Positions 1 through 14,148 are shown, counted from the first letter of the whole stretch. The stretch is 63,792 nt of DNA, filler included, from Phoronis australis (GCA_002633005.1; 8 parts of 8 records of this genome joined end to end with filler, not necessarily neighbours in it); one strand, 5' to 3'. Numbers and translations: made by a program. Notes: generated by a model from the sequence alone, not told the origin.

Positions 1-634
1 AGTTCAGCTTTTCATAGATGAGAGTACATAGATAGCATTTATCCAAAATCAAGTGGCAGCTTAACGTGCAGACAATTGTCTGTGTGACGCATTTTAGATT
101 CCGGACGAGAGGACGCGTATCTCACGTCTTTGCTACGAAGTGCGCACGCATCGATAACCGTCATCCGTAAATAGACCAATCCACACCTCCAGTTTCTGAC
201 CCGCGTAATCAGAACGAGGATAAAGGTCAAACATGTCACGATTCATGACGTTCTCCGAAAACGCCAGTTTAGACATCTCAAGCATCAAGAATAGGCCTAT
301 GCAAAATGGCGGTCCATGTAATATATAGTACTGAGAACCAACAGTTCAATAGGCGACTGAAACCTATATGTGCAGTGACGAATTTAGGAAATTTGGATTT
401 GGATAAAGTTGTGTGATTCATTTCCTGTGCAAATGGTGGAAGTAATCTAATATAGGATTTAACCTTGCAAGTGAGCGTTCCCAAATATATGCGGTGTATT
501 TTTGACACATTTAGCTGAGAACGCAAAGCGGGTGTGCAATCGTCTGTGCTTATACATGGAATGCCCAGGAAATGTGCACACCCAAGCAAAAGCTGCCTGA
601 CCGCTAGAGGCCGTTGTTACGTCATTACTTACCT

Positions 635-829
635 CTCGCTGGTTCCCTGCGTGCCGCTAGGTGGGGCGGTAGCCTCGCCAGCACGCAGGTATCACTTAAA
701 TTTCCTCTGTAAATTTTTTTACACCGGCGTTTCTGATTGGCTAGTCGATTCGNTCGACCAATACTAAAGCGCGTGCCACTAGGTGATACCTGCGTGCTGG
801 CTGGGCTAAGCACGCAGGGAACCAGCGAG
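635..829. mobile_element. MITE, 9-10 bp TSD family (MULE- or AcademH-type)
   Basis: TIR CTCGCTGGTTCCCTGCGTGC...GCACGCAGGGAACCAGCGAG; perfect TSD TACTTACCT at 626-634 and 830-838. Confidence 0.85.
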
Positions 830-836
830 TACTTAC

Positions 837-1151
837 CTTAGTCTCCTCGCTGTGTTCGTTTTCGTGTTCATGGTCGTGGTCATGGTCGTGATTGGACGGG
901 GAGTATGTTCGGTTCATGTCGTCAAACACGTGCTCAAGCATGTGTTCGGTGAAGGAGGTTAATAAAACTCCGTGATCCGTCATCAAATGGTTTACGTAGA
1001 CAGAGACATCTGCACTCGGATTCGGTGAACTTGTGCAAGTTCCTGTTGCGTTTCTTGCATAGTGGAGCAGGACGATGGAGAAATCGAGGAACTGATCTTC
1101 GTTAACTGTCGTGCCGTTTGATCCAATGACAGCGGAGACATTTTGCAAGCA
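837..1151 (-). CDS. SLC39A4/SLC39A12: ZIP4/ZIP12-like zinc transporter, coding exon 2 (helix-rich extracellular domain + His-rich tract); gene continues past window start
   Basis: Acceptor tttcag at 1152, donor GTAAGT at 836, 315 nt, phase 0/0. Reads CLQNVS...FSIVLLHYARNATGTC (cf. ZIP4 AAAVLYLSNPEGTC)...NHDHDHDHEHENEHSEETK. Confidence 0.8.
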
Positions 1152-2192
1152 CTGAAACGACACAAAAATAAAAAATTAGCCAACTAAAAGGTAGAACATA
1201 AGAAGTGAGGGTTTAACTGGCAAGACTTTCAAACTGGCGAATGATTGGTTGAATGACTGCCGTTGGCATATGCGCAGATAGCGTTAATCTCCGAAGATAG
1301 TTTTGACGCTAAAACATACTAGATGAACCAAACTAGATGAGCATCCCTGGCGGAACGCTGTGCATTGTTTCCGACCTACCAGTCATTTGCTTTGATCCCC
1401 AACTATAGGATATTTTCACCGTGTAGACAGATTTGGGCAGATAAGCAGCGTAAAAAGTTGAAATGCTCCCACGACAACACCGGAAACGGTACGCTTGTAC
1501 AGGGGTGTTTATTTGTGTCATGTTATAAAAAGGACATTGAGAGGGCTCAGCATAGTTCCAATTCGCCTGACACAATGCAAGTGATACCGTCTTATTTGCC
1601 AAATTCTGTTAACAACAAGAGCCACTACCAAAGGAAAAGTGCCACTAGGGGACGCCGTAGTCGTATTCGATCGAAAATCGACGTCACACTTCCCTAAACT
1701 GGAACAAACTCATATCAGAATTCACGAAGATCCCGATAAAGGAGTTCAGTAAATCTTGTGGTACAGGCAAAATAAAATATAGTTACAATTAGGATGACCC
1801 GGTCTTCAAACGCTTTGGCGGATATAAAGTTTGAGGCCAATAAAGATGCAGAAATAATAAAACACGATCACTTGAGGCGCAGATTACGATGAATCGATCC
1901 GACAATCGGAACATGTCGCCTCCTTAAAAGAAAATTCATAATTGATGAAAATCCATCGGACATTTGATAGATATAGAGGCACACTCAAAGAAAAGCCAAA
2001 TTGCCACGAGAGGGTACCACAGTCAACATCAATTACAAGATGTGGAGATAGTCTACAACTATTGTAGGCCTACTGTACTTTCACGTTCGTTCATATTATG
2101 CATACCGTTTAAATTTAATACATATTAAAGTGTCTAAAGTACGTTATCTCGGAAATGACCTACAAATGTCATCATGTATCAAATCAAAAATT

Positions 2193-2284
2193 CTCGCTCG
2201 TTGCCTAGCTGCGCATCGCTAGGTGGGGCTGTAGCCGCGCCAGCATGCGTGCTGGCTGGGCAAAGCACTCAGGGAACCAGCGAG
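2193..2284. mobile_element. Shorter copy of the same MITE family
   Basis: Same termini; flanks ATCAAAAATT (2183-2192) and ATAAAAAATT (2285-2294), a 10-bp TSD with one mismatch. Confidence 0.75.
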
Positions 2285-3277
2285 ATAAAAAATTACACTC
2301 TATTGTCGTGAACGGGAATCTCCACGCGACATTCAAATCTCACCTCCTAAAATGATTTCACAGCTTATCAGTTGCCTTGAGCGTTTGAATTTTACTAGTT
2401 ACCGCACTAGGTGCCACGGATTAATTCCTGGATCGAGTTCAATAACGCTAGTGTCTTGCTAGAAAAGCACGAACTCTCATTAAGAGCACGTGCTTTTGGC
2501 TAGATTTTTCTTGTCGCGAGTGAGAAAGTTCATGAACTCGACCCGGGTTGGTTGATTATTTAGACTTTTACACGGATTTCAGCCTGTGTATTAAATACGA
2601 CCCTGACCCTTTCATTTACGCGTGAGCATGGTGCACATTCCTGCAGAGGCAGTGAAATCTTACCTTGACTGCTGTCGTTCTGACACAATACAGTGAGACA
2701 GTAGGCTAATCTACATATACAACCATGACGCAATGAGAGATGGTCCATTGTGAAAAGAGCAATGCGACTGACTGAGTGGGACTCTTCTGTTAGTGATGCG
2801 GTGTGAATACAGTTAATGATTGAAACAATCGTGAAAACACGATGCCCTGAAAAATATCCAGGTACCAAGATACGTCGAATGAACTCAGACTTTATTGTCA
2901 TCGGGTCAGCATGTTCACCGACATTTATCCGGGGTATTGGATTTCGAATTTAGTGGCCGATTTGGGCCACTGCATCTGGGATATGACATCTATGAATAGA
3001 ATCTTGTATATAGAACATCATAATCTCTGTCTGATCAAGTCAAAAGTTTAGCTGAATCAGGGCAAGTAACTATAATAACTCTAACAAAGGCAAGACAAGA
3101 GGCACTATACACAGCTACAAAGCGAATTAGGGCAACATCCAGGTCTAGATTATTGTGTCAATGTGTCAAAATCCATGCACGCTAACAACTGACAGACTTG
3201 GAACTCCATACCGAAAGGTTACTTCTTGTTGATCATACACCTTCAACACGCGGAATGGGACAGTGAAGAACATTGAC

Positions 3278-3423
3278 ATTGGGCGGCGCACCATAGGGGG
3301 CTGGGGGTCTATACCCCTCCACTTTTTTTCCGTGCTACACCGCACATGGTCTATAGGCGATGCACCACAGGGGGGCTGAGGGGGCTTTAGCCCCCCACTT
3401 TTTTTAGTGCTGCGCCGCCCATG
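3278..3423. mobile_element. Small GC-rich MITE (GGGCGGCGCACC family); further copies at about 24051-24198, 36552-36711 and 36834-36981
   Basis: Dimeric unit GGCGGCGCACCATAGGGGGCTG...TAGCCCCC...AGTGCTGCGCCGCCCATG, repeated at several places in both orientations. Confidence 0.7.
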
Positions 3424-6400
3424 ATAGACAATACTGATCAAAACTACCTCACACTTCAGTAGGGCCGTAAAAAGCGGGAGTTTGCATGTGCCCCTCCACC
3501 AGTTTGCAGGCGCCAGTGGCGAAGCTTGGTGGCGACCAGCAAATTCGGGCATAAATGCATTAGAGAAAGACAGTAAAGAAAATTAGATAAGTTGGGGCCT
3601 AAAGATCGGCTTTTGTGTTTAGTTTGGTTTCCTCTACTTTTAATCAAAAATGTATGTAACATGTACCAGTGCCGGATTTACCTTTTGCGGTTGCCCCAGC
3701 AATGGATTTTTTGTTGCGGGCACCCCCGTTTTGAAAATACCCTTGCTTGAATCGTTTTCACGCACTTGATAACGGGTACTTGACCTTGATAGAGAGAAAA
3801 TTTATTCTGATTTTTAAATTCAAGAAGACTGTGGGATGCACAGTTTCAATTTCCAAGGACACCTCTCTGGCAAGGGATTATGGAGCAAGATCTGTTGCTC
3901 TTTCCGTCTTGAGATTTTGTATTATTTGTGCTAAAGATTGTCATTTCTGGTAATGAATATTTTTGGAAAATGTTGTCAAAGGGTTGCAATCATGTCCTTC
4001 CCAAAATATCCACGACTGCTGCTTTCAATTTATTATGCTAACAACGTACGCTCAGTTTTGGCGCTCACTTAAAAATGCTCTTGATGGCAGCAATAATCCG
4101 TCTAATTTCCAAGATCAACCACGTTTTCACGTAGTTAACCACGTGGCCAGTATTCATAGAGTTGGTTAGCTCTCGATACAAAGAAAAAAATAACTCAAGT
4201 TAATTACATTACTGCAGTTAAAGCCTTTCACCATTATAATGGGAAATTATAACATTCATTAACTTCATTCCTGCATGGGCTGACCTGTAGAGCCGAGGTT
4301 TTGGGGATAACCAAACAATTCAGCAATATATACATACTGATAGCGTAGGTTTATTATTAAGCGTTGTTTCCGCTATTTACAAGCTATTTCAAGAGAGTTC
4401 TTCATTTTGTGGTGGAGTCTACACATAGGCGGATTTAGGGGGGACAGGCCCCTCCCCCCGTTGGCTGCCACAAGCAAAGTGAAACAGCAACAGCGTGAAG
4501 CGTGAGGAAATATTGAGTTCAGTAACTAGGACCGGTAGCGGAGAAGGTGAGGTTCAGACCCCATATCGCGGCAGAACGGAATCGCGTTCCCGTTTTTTTT
4601 TTAGTCCACCGATAGATTTTCCGAACAGAAGGTTCACATTCCCCCCGCATGTGCTGCACATACAGTCGCGCTTTGAGCAGTTCCCCAAGGCAACGTGTTG
4701 CCCCCCTCCCTTATGGTATGATCCTAGATCCACCACTGCTTCAATGTAAACGTAGACTTTTTTATTCTACATAGTTCTCAGCACGCGTTACTTATCTAGA
4801 AACTGCGGATTTTTTCCTGAAAAGGTGCACGTTCTTTCACTTGGAACCAGTAAACTGGCTAGTTTCTAGCACAGGCTAGACGGCTCCGATCTCTTATGGA
4901 TTCATAAAATAACGTTGAGTTACTCAACGACGAAGGCTAGCCTTCCCAACAAAGTCCCAGATTATTCCCCTCTACACAAAAATGGTCATTTACTTTTAAG
5001 TTCTCATTTGGTAGTGACAACAACACATATATAAGCTGACACTCCGCAAATTCTGCACTGATGCAATTTCGTAGTACATGCGCAGCAGTGATACAAACCT
5101 TATCATACACATTATGCCCGTGTCATCATATTGCATTATTTATGAGGCTTAAAAGGATAATTACAATAATTCTTTATTGACAAAATGGTTACAAAATAAA
5201 AAAACGTTGTTGTTTCATGTATTTTCTAAAGCCTCCTTTAATGCGAAGGTGCGCTATTCAGGCTAGTCAACTCACGTGAATTTCCAAACAAAGCTGTCAA
5301 AACAATTACAAATTTGACTTAATTTCGATTTGCGCGAAACGAACTGCGCGTTAAAGGCCAGAACGAGGCTATAGTGGGAATGCCGCCCACACCTATTATG
5401 GCTATTATATTGGAATATGCGCTTAGTCCCGAGTCTTGTTTAGAATTTGTGTAATGTTGTGCAATAAGACAACAGTTATTGGTTGTACTGTATCCTGTGA
5501 GAGGGTATGTTCACATGTACCTGCAACAACAGTCTCTGTATGAACTGTCCAGTCTGTAGCCTCATTTGCATGGGGCGCACTTGACACGGAGAAGCTAACT
5601 CGGAGTAGCTAATCGGGCGCAAGTATGTGTGTAACCAGGACTGACATGCAGAAAGTTGACACTACAGCGGTCATTTTTGACACCAGTTTCAGAGGGAAAT
5701 ACAGCAAGTTCCACTCGATCAGCTGCTCCAGTGTCAACTACAGGTCTAAAAACAAACAGGGGCAACTGAAGGCAGAAGAGAACTGCCCTGTACTTTGGTG
5801 GTGTTCAGTAACGCTAAGACCTCGCTAAAAACAATAGTTCGCGAGATTACGTGAGAGGTTATCGTGTACATTAAAAGAAAACACGTGATTTTGGATAGAT
5901 TTTAGAGAGGTCCTAGCGTTACTGAACGCTCTACACTTGGGCAGTAGCATATATAAGGGTGATCCGCTGGAATTCCACGTAGTTTGAACATTCGATATTG
6001 TTTTGCGAGCATGCGCGGACAGTCTTGTGTCAATGAGTTATGTCGATCCAGTTTGCGATCTTAAGTCATGTAAATGCGACTGAAGCAGAACAACTGCCAC
6101 CTTGACAACTCGCGCCGTGACAATTGTTTCTCTCTTCGATCGTATTACTTACTGGGACAAAAAGACACCTGTTTTAACCAAAATATAAACAGAATAAGAA
6201 ATAAAAGAAATGCGCAGACGCTTTGTTGTGCACTACTCGAACTGTAAGGTGCATTGTGCCATACCTTACAAAGACGAACTGATACGATTGGTTCAGTTTT
6301 AAGTTTGTTTTTAAATGCTGTCGTTAGGTGTCAATGGTTTAACTGCCGTTTTATCAGTTCATGCAATGATAAAGGTCATATTCACCTAATGTTTCATAAT

Positions 6401-8487
6401 GTTTCATCGATGTTTTCTGAACCATCTGCTATTGTATACAGCAATTGATGAAATTATAATTGGCCAGTATTCCCATTAGGCATATAGACATTTGGGCAAT
6501 GCCCAGTGGTTCCCCTTATCAAGACTTTCTCCTACGAATGTGGGAAATCAATGTGATTGACAGAAAACCTAGAATTTAAATTCAGAGCGAAGTAACATTG
6601 ACGAGTCTTGGAACAGGTTAAACGTGACTGGCTACAATCGCTAGCATACGAATACACTGCTAACTTCAAGTGGCATTAGACCAGTGTTTTCTGTTAAAAC
6701 AAGTTTTGGATTTGGTTATTACCGTTATACAATTGGTCTGACTTGTCTAATTTCTTACTCAGTTTAGAAATGGTCTCTGGGGTCTGGAAGACCTACAGTA
6801 CCAATTCTTCTCAAGACGAGAATTTACACTATTTTTGTCTAAGAAACATGAGACCAGTCTAAATCCAAACTTATTCCTGTCAGAAAGCACGGTTTTAATG
6901 CCGCTTAATTCAAACAGGTCAAAAACTCGCCGATCAAGGGTAGACTGCCTTCAGACCGGAAGTAATAATGAAGACTGCAACTGTTACGCACTTTTTTGTA
7001 ACTCGCACCAGTTTTACTATACTGTATAAATACTACATACTTTTAATGGTTACGCAAGATTTGCATCTTGGCCCTCAGTACATGTACACGAGAAATAACG
7101 TCTTCTTTTGCAATGTTTTCTTACTTATAATTTACTTTAATTGGCAAAAAACGGGTCTTAATTCAATCATCTTTTGTTAAAAACCCATATGTACAATCTC
7201 AGACCACTAAACAGTTTCATTGAAATATAACGAAGAACACATCGTTAGAGTGTATGGTCCTGAAGCACTGTGCCGTGACAACTTCTTTGAGGCCCGCAAG
7301 TAGGAAAATATACATCATGATGGGGCACAAATTCATTCGACTTCAACAAACTTTTGTTCCCTCCGTGAGCCCCTCCCTCTGGAAGGTGGCCACCAGAAAC
7401 TTGGGAACCTATGTTTCAACAAAAATTTCACGAGAAAAGGTCACTTTTTAACCTTAACATGTAAGAGGCGTTTCGCGTTTAGAGAATGACTTTCACATTT
7501 GGAGGAGTATTTTCAAAAAAATTCACTTTCAATTTTTGACTATCTGTCATTACTTGGGTCACGTGGTCATGTCTTTTTGTTAAACTTTTGTAAAAAAAAC
7601 AATCAAATACTAACAGCAAAATAATAATAACAATATTATGACCAAATTATGTTTGATTTAAAGATTCAAGATATTATGTCAAAAACTCTGTTACAGTTTT
7701 TATATCATCATGTCGTCATCGTTTTATGCAAGTTCTGACTTCTTCGTGATAATGATGTCTTATTTTTCTTGCAAAAGTAGAGCATTCTAGAAACATCTTT
7801 TTGGAGAACAGTAATTCAGCACATGAATCCGATCAGCCATTTTCTGTGGTGATAAGTGATGCTCAGTACACGTAGTTTGTCTCGTCATTTAAGAGCACAT
7901 TTTGATCCATGTAGTCTAGATGACCGACTGTCTTTCAATCTGAGCCAAAATTGGTCATTAGCTCTTCAGTCAAATGCTCGAGTGGCAATTTTCCCGACTT
8001 CACTGACAAAGTGTTGGGTTGTAGTTCTAAAATTCTTTTCAACAATCGTCTAAAACTAAAATTCAATTAGCTCAATGTTGTTATATCCCCAAACCTCACA
8101 CCTGTTAAGGAAGATACGAAGAATCAACCTGTCAAAAGGTCAGTCTGAGTTTCAACAAGAAGATACAATTTTCTTGCCTTTTTAGTGTCTATTACAAAAG
8201 CTAATGACCTACAAAGCATTATATCTTGCCTATTACCTGAGAAAACAGTTTTCTTGACTTTGTTAACTTCACTGCTTATAGACTTGCTGATGTTTTTCTT
8301 CTAAATGAAAGTAACCTCAAGGTAGTCGTAATTATAGACAACACATAATGTTGTGACATCAAACTTGAAGTTAGGGATTTTACCTTTAAACTTTGTCAGT
8401 TATTACTTTGGTCTCTCATATTTACAAACGTTTCAGCAACTTGTAGTGATTCTGTACTTACAATGGCCAATCGTCGGCGTACAATCA

Positions 8488-8590
8488 GTAATAATAATAA
8501 TGACGATGGTGATGATTACGATGACGATGTTGATGATGATGAAAATGATGGTGTTTATGATGATTATAGTGATATTAACAATAACTATAT
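8488..8590. repeat. Degenerate (ATA/ATG)n microsatellite
   Basis: ataataataatgacgatggtgatgattacgatgacgatgttgatgatgatg... Confidence 0.8.
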
Positions 8591-9668
8591 TTAATAGTAT
8601 ATAATGGGCATCGCCATCACAAAATTATATGTATTCAACACGCAATTTGTCCGAGATCATTTAGATTCTCAATTCCGTTGCTTTAGAATATACAGAGGAA
8701 GCCGCTTAACCACACCGAGATCCTACTTGCTTTTCAAATATATACAGATGCTCATTGTCTGTGTATCAGATTGGTATAACACAGGAAAAGAATTTGCTCT
8801 CAATGCGAGGTCATCGAGAACCGGGCAATGACAAATAAAATGTGCCAGTTAAGTAAATATACGTAACGAATAAAAATTTCAACAACAACATCATCACTGG
8901 GCCAACACTTCGCATCAGATGAAAAAGCAGACGAGATTTAACAAGTCTCACAAGCAGAAGCTTCAATGAGGAGTAAATTGATAACGTAGTTACTTTAGTC
9001 CGGCAGTAAATGGCCGTTCTCACTGCAATTAAGCCGCTTGCGGTCGGTAAAGAGTATTGCGCAGTGGGAGTAAAGGTTCAGTGGGAAAGGTATCAGGGTC
9101 ATTCAAATAAATGACAAATAAGAGAGGAGGTAATTTCTCATCCTGCCTAACATCTATATTTCAAGGGAGAAGGCCAGAAAAGCTCAGTACTTATCGGATG
9201 TATTGCGTGTAACCACGGGGGCGCGATCCCTTGGCCATTGCGCGAAAGCCCTCCCCCCAGTCAAAAGGCGTTTCAATTTCGCATTTTTCTCTTGTTAAAT
9301 ACTGGGTACAGTACGTCAGTGACAATACGCCTCAGTCCATTTACAGTATGACGGATAAGATTTAGGCCAGCGCTGACCTAGGTAGGCCACTTATTGTCAA
9401 GTATCAAGGTGGAAATATTTAATTAATTGCCGTGACTAATAGGTCTATCGTTGCTACAAACGGCGAGCCAAATGAGATTGGCATCTCATACATGTCATCT
9501 CTTTTACCCTTACCACTGCGTTTACCACGGAAATGCGAGCTATTGGGTACAGCACAACTATATCTCCAGAAAGACGTGACACTTGGGTAGAAAACGTATT
9601 GCTTGAAATCACGTGTACGGAATCTACGAGTCCTTGCTACAAACTACACTGGCTATATTAAAACTTAC

Positions 9669-9866
9669 CTTAGAGCACGACCCTTCACATCCCAAATTAT
9701 CAAACACGCGGTGCGAAATGTTAAAAAGGTCGGAGACGAGAAGTTCAGAGGAACGGTTGAGTTCTTTCACAAACAGTTCGAACCCGTCTTTATGGGAATC
9801 CTCATGGACGTGTTGAGAATAAACGCAAACAAACAAGGTAGCACAGCACAGTACTAAGCTCTTCAT
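9669..9866 (-). CDS. SLC39A4/SLC39A12: ZIP4/ZIP12-like (LIV-1 subfamily) zinc transporter, coding exon 1 (signal peptide + start of extracellular domain)
   Basis: CAAC-ATG at 9866. Encodes MKSLVLCCATLFVCVYSQ (signal-peptide-like), HVHEDSH...RVFDNLGCEGSCSK, then donor GTAAGT at 9668 (phase 0). Joined to exon 2 it reads CEGSCSK|CLQ, resembling ZIP4 CANGPCGKCLS. Confidence 0.8.
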
Positions 9867-10599
9867 GTTGCCAGAAGGGTAACAATAAAGTTGTCGCAGA
9901 CAGGTAGCTAGATGCCGTCACTCCACTCGTCCAAAGGTTAAATGGAAAATATGTGACTGACTTGTAATGATGAAATGTGAATAACGTGCAGCTTCACCGA
10001 GCACAGTGTTATCGACCAATGAAAGCCTTTCACGTTGCAACGTGAAGGGTTTATAAAATCGCAGTGTAAACACCTTTCGTTAAATAGCGCTGTTTTATCG
10101 AAATGTGACCCCCGGCGAGTTGCTTGTGCTCGAATATAGGTTGTTAATACTCAATGACAATAGGCGTGTATTACAGCAACAGAGGTAAGGTCACTATAAC
10201 GGCCAATAGCGTTGACGCTGTCGCACGAGGAAGCGATTGGTGTAGCTGAGAGTTCTCTTTCCCACGTATAGTACAAATCCGGGCTACCGCCGGCAAAACC
10301 TCAACGACCGGGACACTGCGTACCGAAAGCGCGTCTTTGTCCGCGATATTCACCGTCGTTGGTAGCACCACGCAGTAGACCAAATACACACGTAAAATAT
10401 TTCTTGTGTATAGCTGGAAAGGAACGCAGAACAATGTAACGGCAATAGCACAAGTGCTAGTCACCGATAAAGCTGAACTGCATCGAGAGTATGTATAAGT
10501 AGCAAAAGAAACAAAACATGTATACAAAGAAGACGACATCTTTTTTCACTTATCAAAATTATACAGAAAAAGAAATCTGTTCATAGGAATTATGTTACT

Positions 10600-11360
10600 G
10601 GGTTTCATAAAGGCATTTGATCTTGTAGATCACGAGATCCTGTTACGAAAGCTCTCTGTTTAAAATGTCTTAACCGTGGTTTGAATGTTATCTTACGGAG
10701 AGGTCACAGCTGGTATCACTCGGGGGGGGGGGGTACAGTCGACTCCATTCACTCATTACCCATGATGTTCCCCAAGACTTCATTCTGGACCCTCTCATAT
10801 TTTAATTAATGTAAATGATCTACCATTATATCTTAAATCAAGAAAATAGATATGTATGCTGATGATTCGACTTTTTTGTAGGAGATAAAAATATTTAAGA
10901 CATTGAAAACGCTCTTCAGGCTGACTTGGATTCGGTTACAAATCGGTTCTCTGACAAAATTATTGTAACTAAAAAGATTAAATTATGTCCATAACCTCCA
11001 ATCAGAAAAGGTACAAAAATGCTGTCCAGCTTACTTTGTATATGTCTGATGACAAGCAAGAAGTGTTTGACCATGAAATATTTGTAGTTGTCAAATTTGA
11101 AAATAATTTAACTTAGTCTATACAAAAACCTTACACTCTGTCTTACGTTTGACAAAACTTTTGGATCGAATTAAATATTATATACCTATTTTGAGAAAGC
11201 TTAAAATACTGCAGTACTGTATGGTTAGCCATTACTTGTGCTCTTATGACAAAAAGTAAAAGACTACAGAAGCAGACCGCCAGAGTTATTTTAGATAGTT
11301 CTTTTCACACATCCTCTTATCAAATGTTTGCAGATCTCAAATGGCTACCAATGCACAAGC
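10600..11360 (+). mobile_element. Degenerate CR1/L2-group LINE reverse-transcriptase fragment
   Basis: Frameshifted motifs KAFDLVDHEILLRKL, VPQ..ILxPL..INVNDLP, MYADDST, LQADLDSV, LQKQTARVIL, LKWLP. Confidence 0.8.
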
Positions 11361-14148
11361 TGTATGGTTGTCGACGTCTTCGTATGCTAAGACGTCCACT
11401 TTATCGATCTCACGGGCACATGTTCCCCTCCCGGACCACTTTTTACGTCTCGCCGACATATTTTTACCTGGCGCACCCCAACCTTATTCATGCGCAGTAA
11501 TCTGTGTTTGTAGTTGCTTGCGGTGCTAATTCCCCGCTCACTACGGTGGTCCAAAGATGACATCACGCGTTTCTTTTTTAATTATCTCGAGATCCCAAGA
11601 TAATTAAGATGGGATCTCATTACAAAAATGTGGAGACAATTTAGTTCTGAGACTGGCATCATAAGAATTGGATGCTAGAATTCTATTTTTGGTGTGCTAG
11701 TGGAACAGCAAGACCTTGTATTCTTACATTTTTCTATTGTAAGTCAACTGTAGTCACAATTGCTCTTGTTTACATATCACAGCAAACCTTGGTGAAATTC
11801 AGCCAGTTCAGCGCACGCTTTATTGCCCCAAGTTTAGTACCCCTCTATTATTCCGAATCTAATGCATCGTGAGTGACCTACTGTCCAGCTCAGCAGAAGA
11901 TACCTGACTTTCAGGGAACTACTTTCTCAGACCGAGAGGTCATTCACAACTGTTGCTTTTATGGTGAAACAACTGACTTGCATACTATTAAGGGTAAAGA
12001 ATTGTGATAACTTCTGGTGAACAACCTCACCAGGAAGCATGTGCTTTTAGTCAAATTTTCTACATAATTGTCCAAGAAAAGGTACATGTTTCTGAAAATA
12101 GAAACAGAAAGAAACAATGTTGCAGGAATAACAAGGCATGGCCAAATTTCATTTCACATATAAATTCATGAACAGATCTCAAAATTAGTTTTCAAAATGT
12201 CCTTTATTATTTTAAGGGGCTTTTCAGATGAAAACATATATTTTCATAAAACTCATTAATTACAGCCTCAATTTTTGACAGTATCTTATTCAAAAATTAG
12301 CCCGTTTTGTCTGGATAACAACGTCGATAGCATAGTGTCTGTTTCATTTGAGTCTGATAAGCTGTTTTTAGATACCATGTTGGGAAAAATTCTAAATTTT
12401 CATGATCAAAGCATAAAGTAAGACATTAACTTTTAACCTGGAGACGAAGGTTAATATCAAAATCAAGTACGGCATGAACAACTAAACCATTGATGGGCAA
12501 GCAAATTTAAAATGCGATATTCGATTGCCAATCATAAAAGAAAGACACGAGCTGGTTAGTTTTAAAGTATTTTATTTAAAGTAAACCATTTTTACAAATA
12601 TAATACACTTCTTGAGCAAAAGTGAAGTTTATAAGTAATACAGTCAAAGCATCACTTTCCAAATCACTCTGAAGACAGGATATACACGACGTAAAAAAGT
12701 GTAATACTGGTTAAAATCCCCTCTTAATACCGACATAGTAAAAAGTAGAAAAGTTAAGAATATTCGCAGGCTGTGTAAGATCCGAACCCCTAGTGTCCAA
12801 AATGACCAGATACCAAAATGCACAGTGGCACACTGCATAAAATTAAGATTTTCATTAGGGCTGCTATGCAGTTACTAACTACTGTGTATCACACTATGGA
12901 CTACAGGAAGAACTTATACTTGCATATCTATTATATATCTATAAAATATCTACAAAAATACATCAGAGCACCAGGGCATCCGCAGTCTCTCTGGTAAAAT
13001 AATACCGCAAAATATCATACAAAATGTACAACAACGAGTACGCAAATCAGGTAAGCAACTTTGTCTTCAAAATATGATTTCCAGTAAGAAGACCTAGGTC
13101 ACCACCATATCGAATTTGTTCAACGAATATCCTATAGGTAATCAAAAGGACAAATAACCTTTCTGTCTGACACGTCAGGTGATGGTGGACTCACATCTAC
13201 TCAGTAAATGCATTTAAGCCCAGGGGTCTTGTTTCATGAAACTTTAAGTCTAAAAACGTTCCATTGTTGGCATGATGTCATCAACACTATGCAACAAGTA
13301 ATTATTGAAGAGTCAAACCATAAGCTAGCCTATTACAAAGGCCTTATGGGTCAACAAGTACTTCAACTGAGTTTGAACTATAATAATTACGATCCGAGCT
13401 TATTTTCATGACGAAATTTTAGGAGATTTGTCAGGTAATGGAATGAAATGAAAAATTCTAAGATTTTGGAATCGTAAATTGATAATCTTGTGTTAAAATA
13501 ATTCCGACACTACTGATAAACTGAGATAATGTATACGCCTAAATCTGCAGAATTATCTCTCTAGTACTACTGTTACAGTGACACGCTTTTTAAAACTTGG
13601 TGCATTCATATTGTTTACTAATAGCCCGGGTGCAGGTTCCAGAGGCCACATTCATATTGTAAGCGAGGTTGCGGGTTCCAGAGGCAAACAATCCTACCTA
13701 TCCGGCTAATAACAATTGTTAGACTGGCGTAAACATCATCGCATCAAAATGAACTATAAATATACTGAAATAGTAAAAATAAAAACAGCTTACGCCTTTC
13801 TTCTTTTAGGAAATGGCGCGTGCTCATGTCATGAGCGCGACAAACTTTTGTTACAATAGGCAAACAAATGATGTTCATTAGATTGTTTTTCATTCAAGCG
13901 GCTGCAACCTGTAAGGTGAGTGTTGATTGACTCCTAGATTTTGCGTGCGCCTGCTCCGCTCGCTAGCTCTACATAAGTTTCACTTGACGAGGTGACGAGC
14001 AGAACTATACCCGGGCTGTGGGAAATTTCGGAGATGTTACGGAGCTCAATAACGCAGTGCTACCAAGTTTTATTTTGGTGAGTCTTTTCAAATGTAGCTG
14101 ACCGGTTACGTCATAACCCGCAGTATCATACAAAGGCCTTGATAACTA

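Noticed and set aside
2664-2748. Possible extra ZIP exon ending in GTAAGA
   Set aside because: Phase 1 is incompatible with exon 2, and exons 1-2 already join into a continuous motif.
8353-8604. Met/Ile-rich hydrophobic ORF
   Set aside because: Translation of an ATG/ATA microsatellite.
9603-9857. Plus-strand 84-aa ORF
   Set aside because: Antisense shadow of ZIP exon 1.
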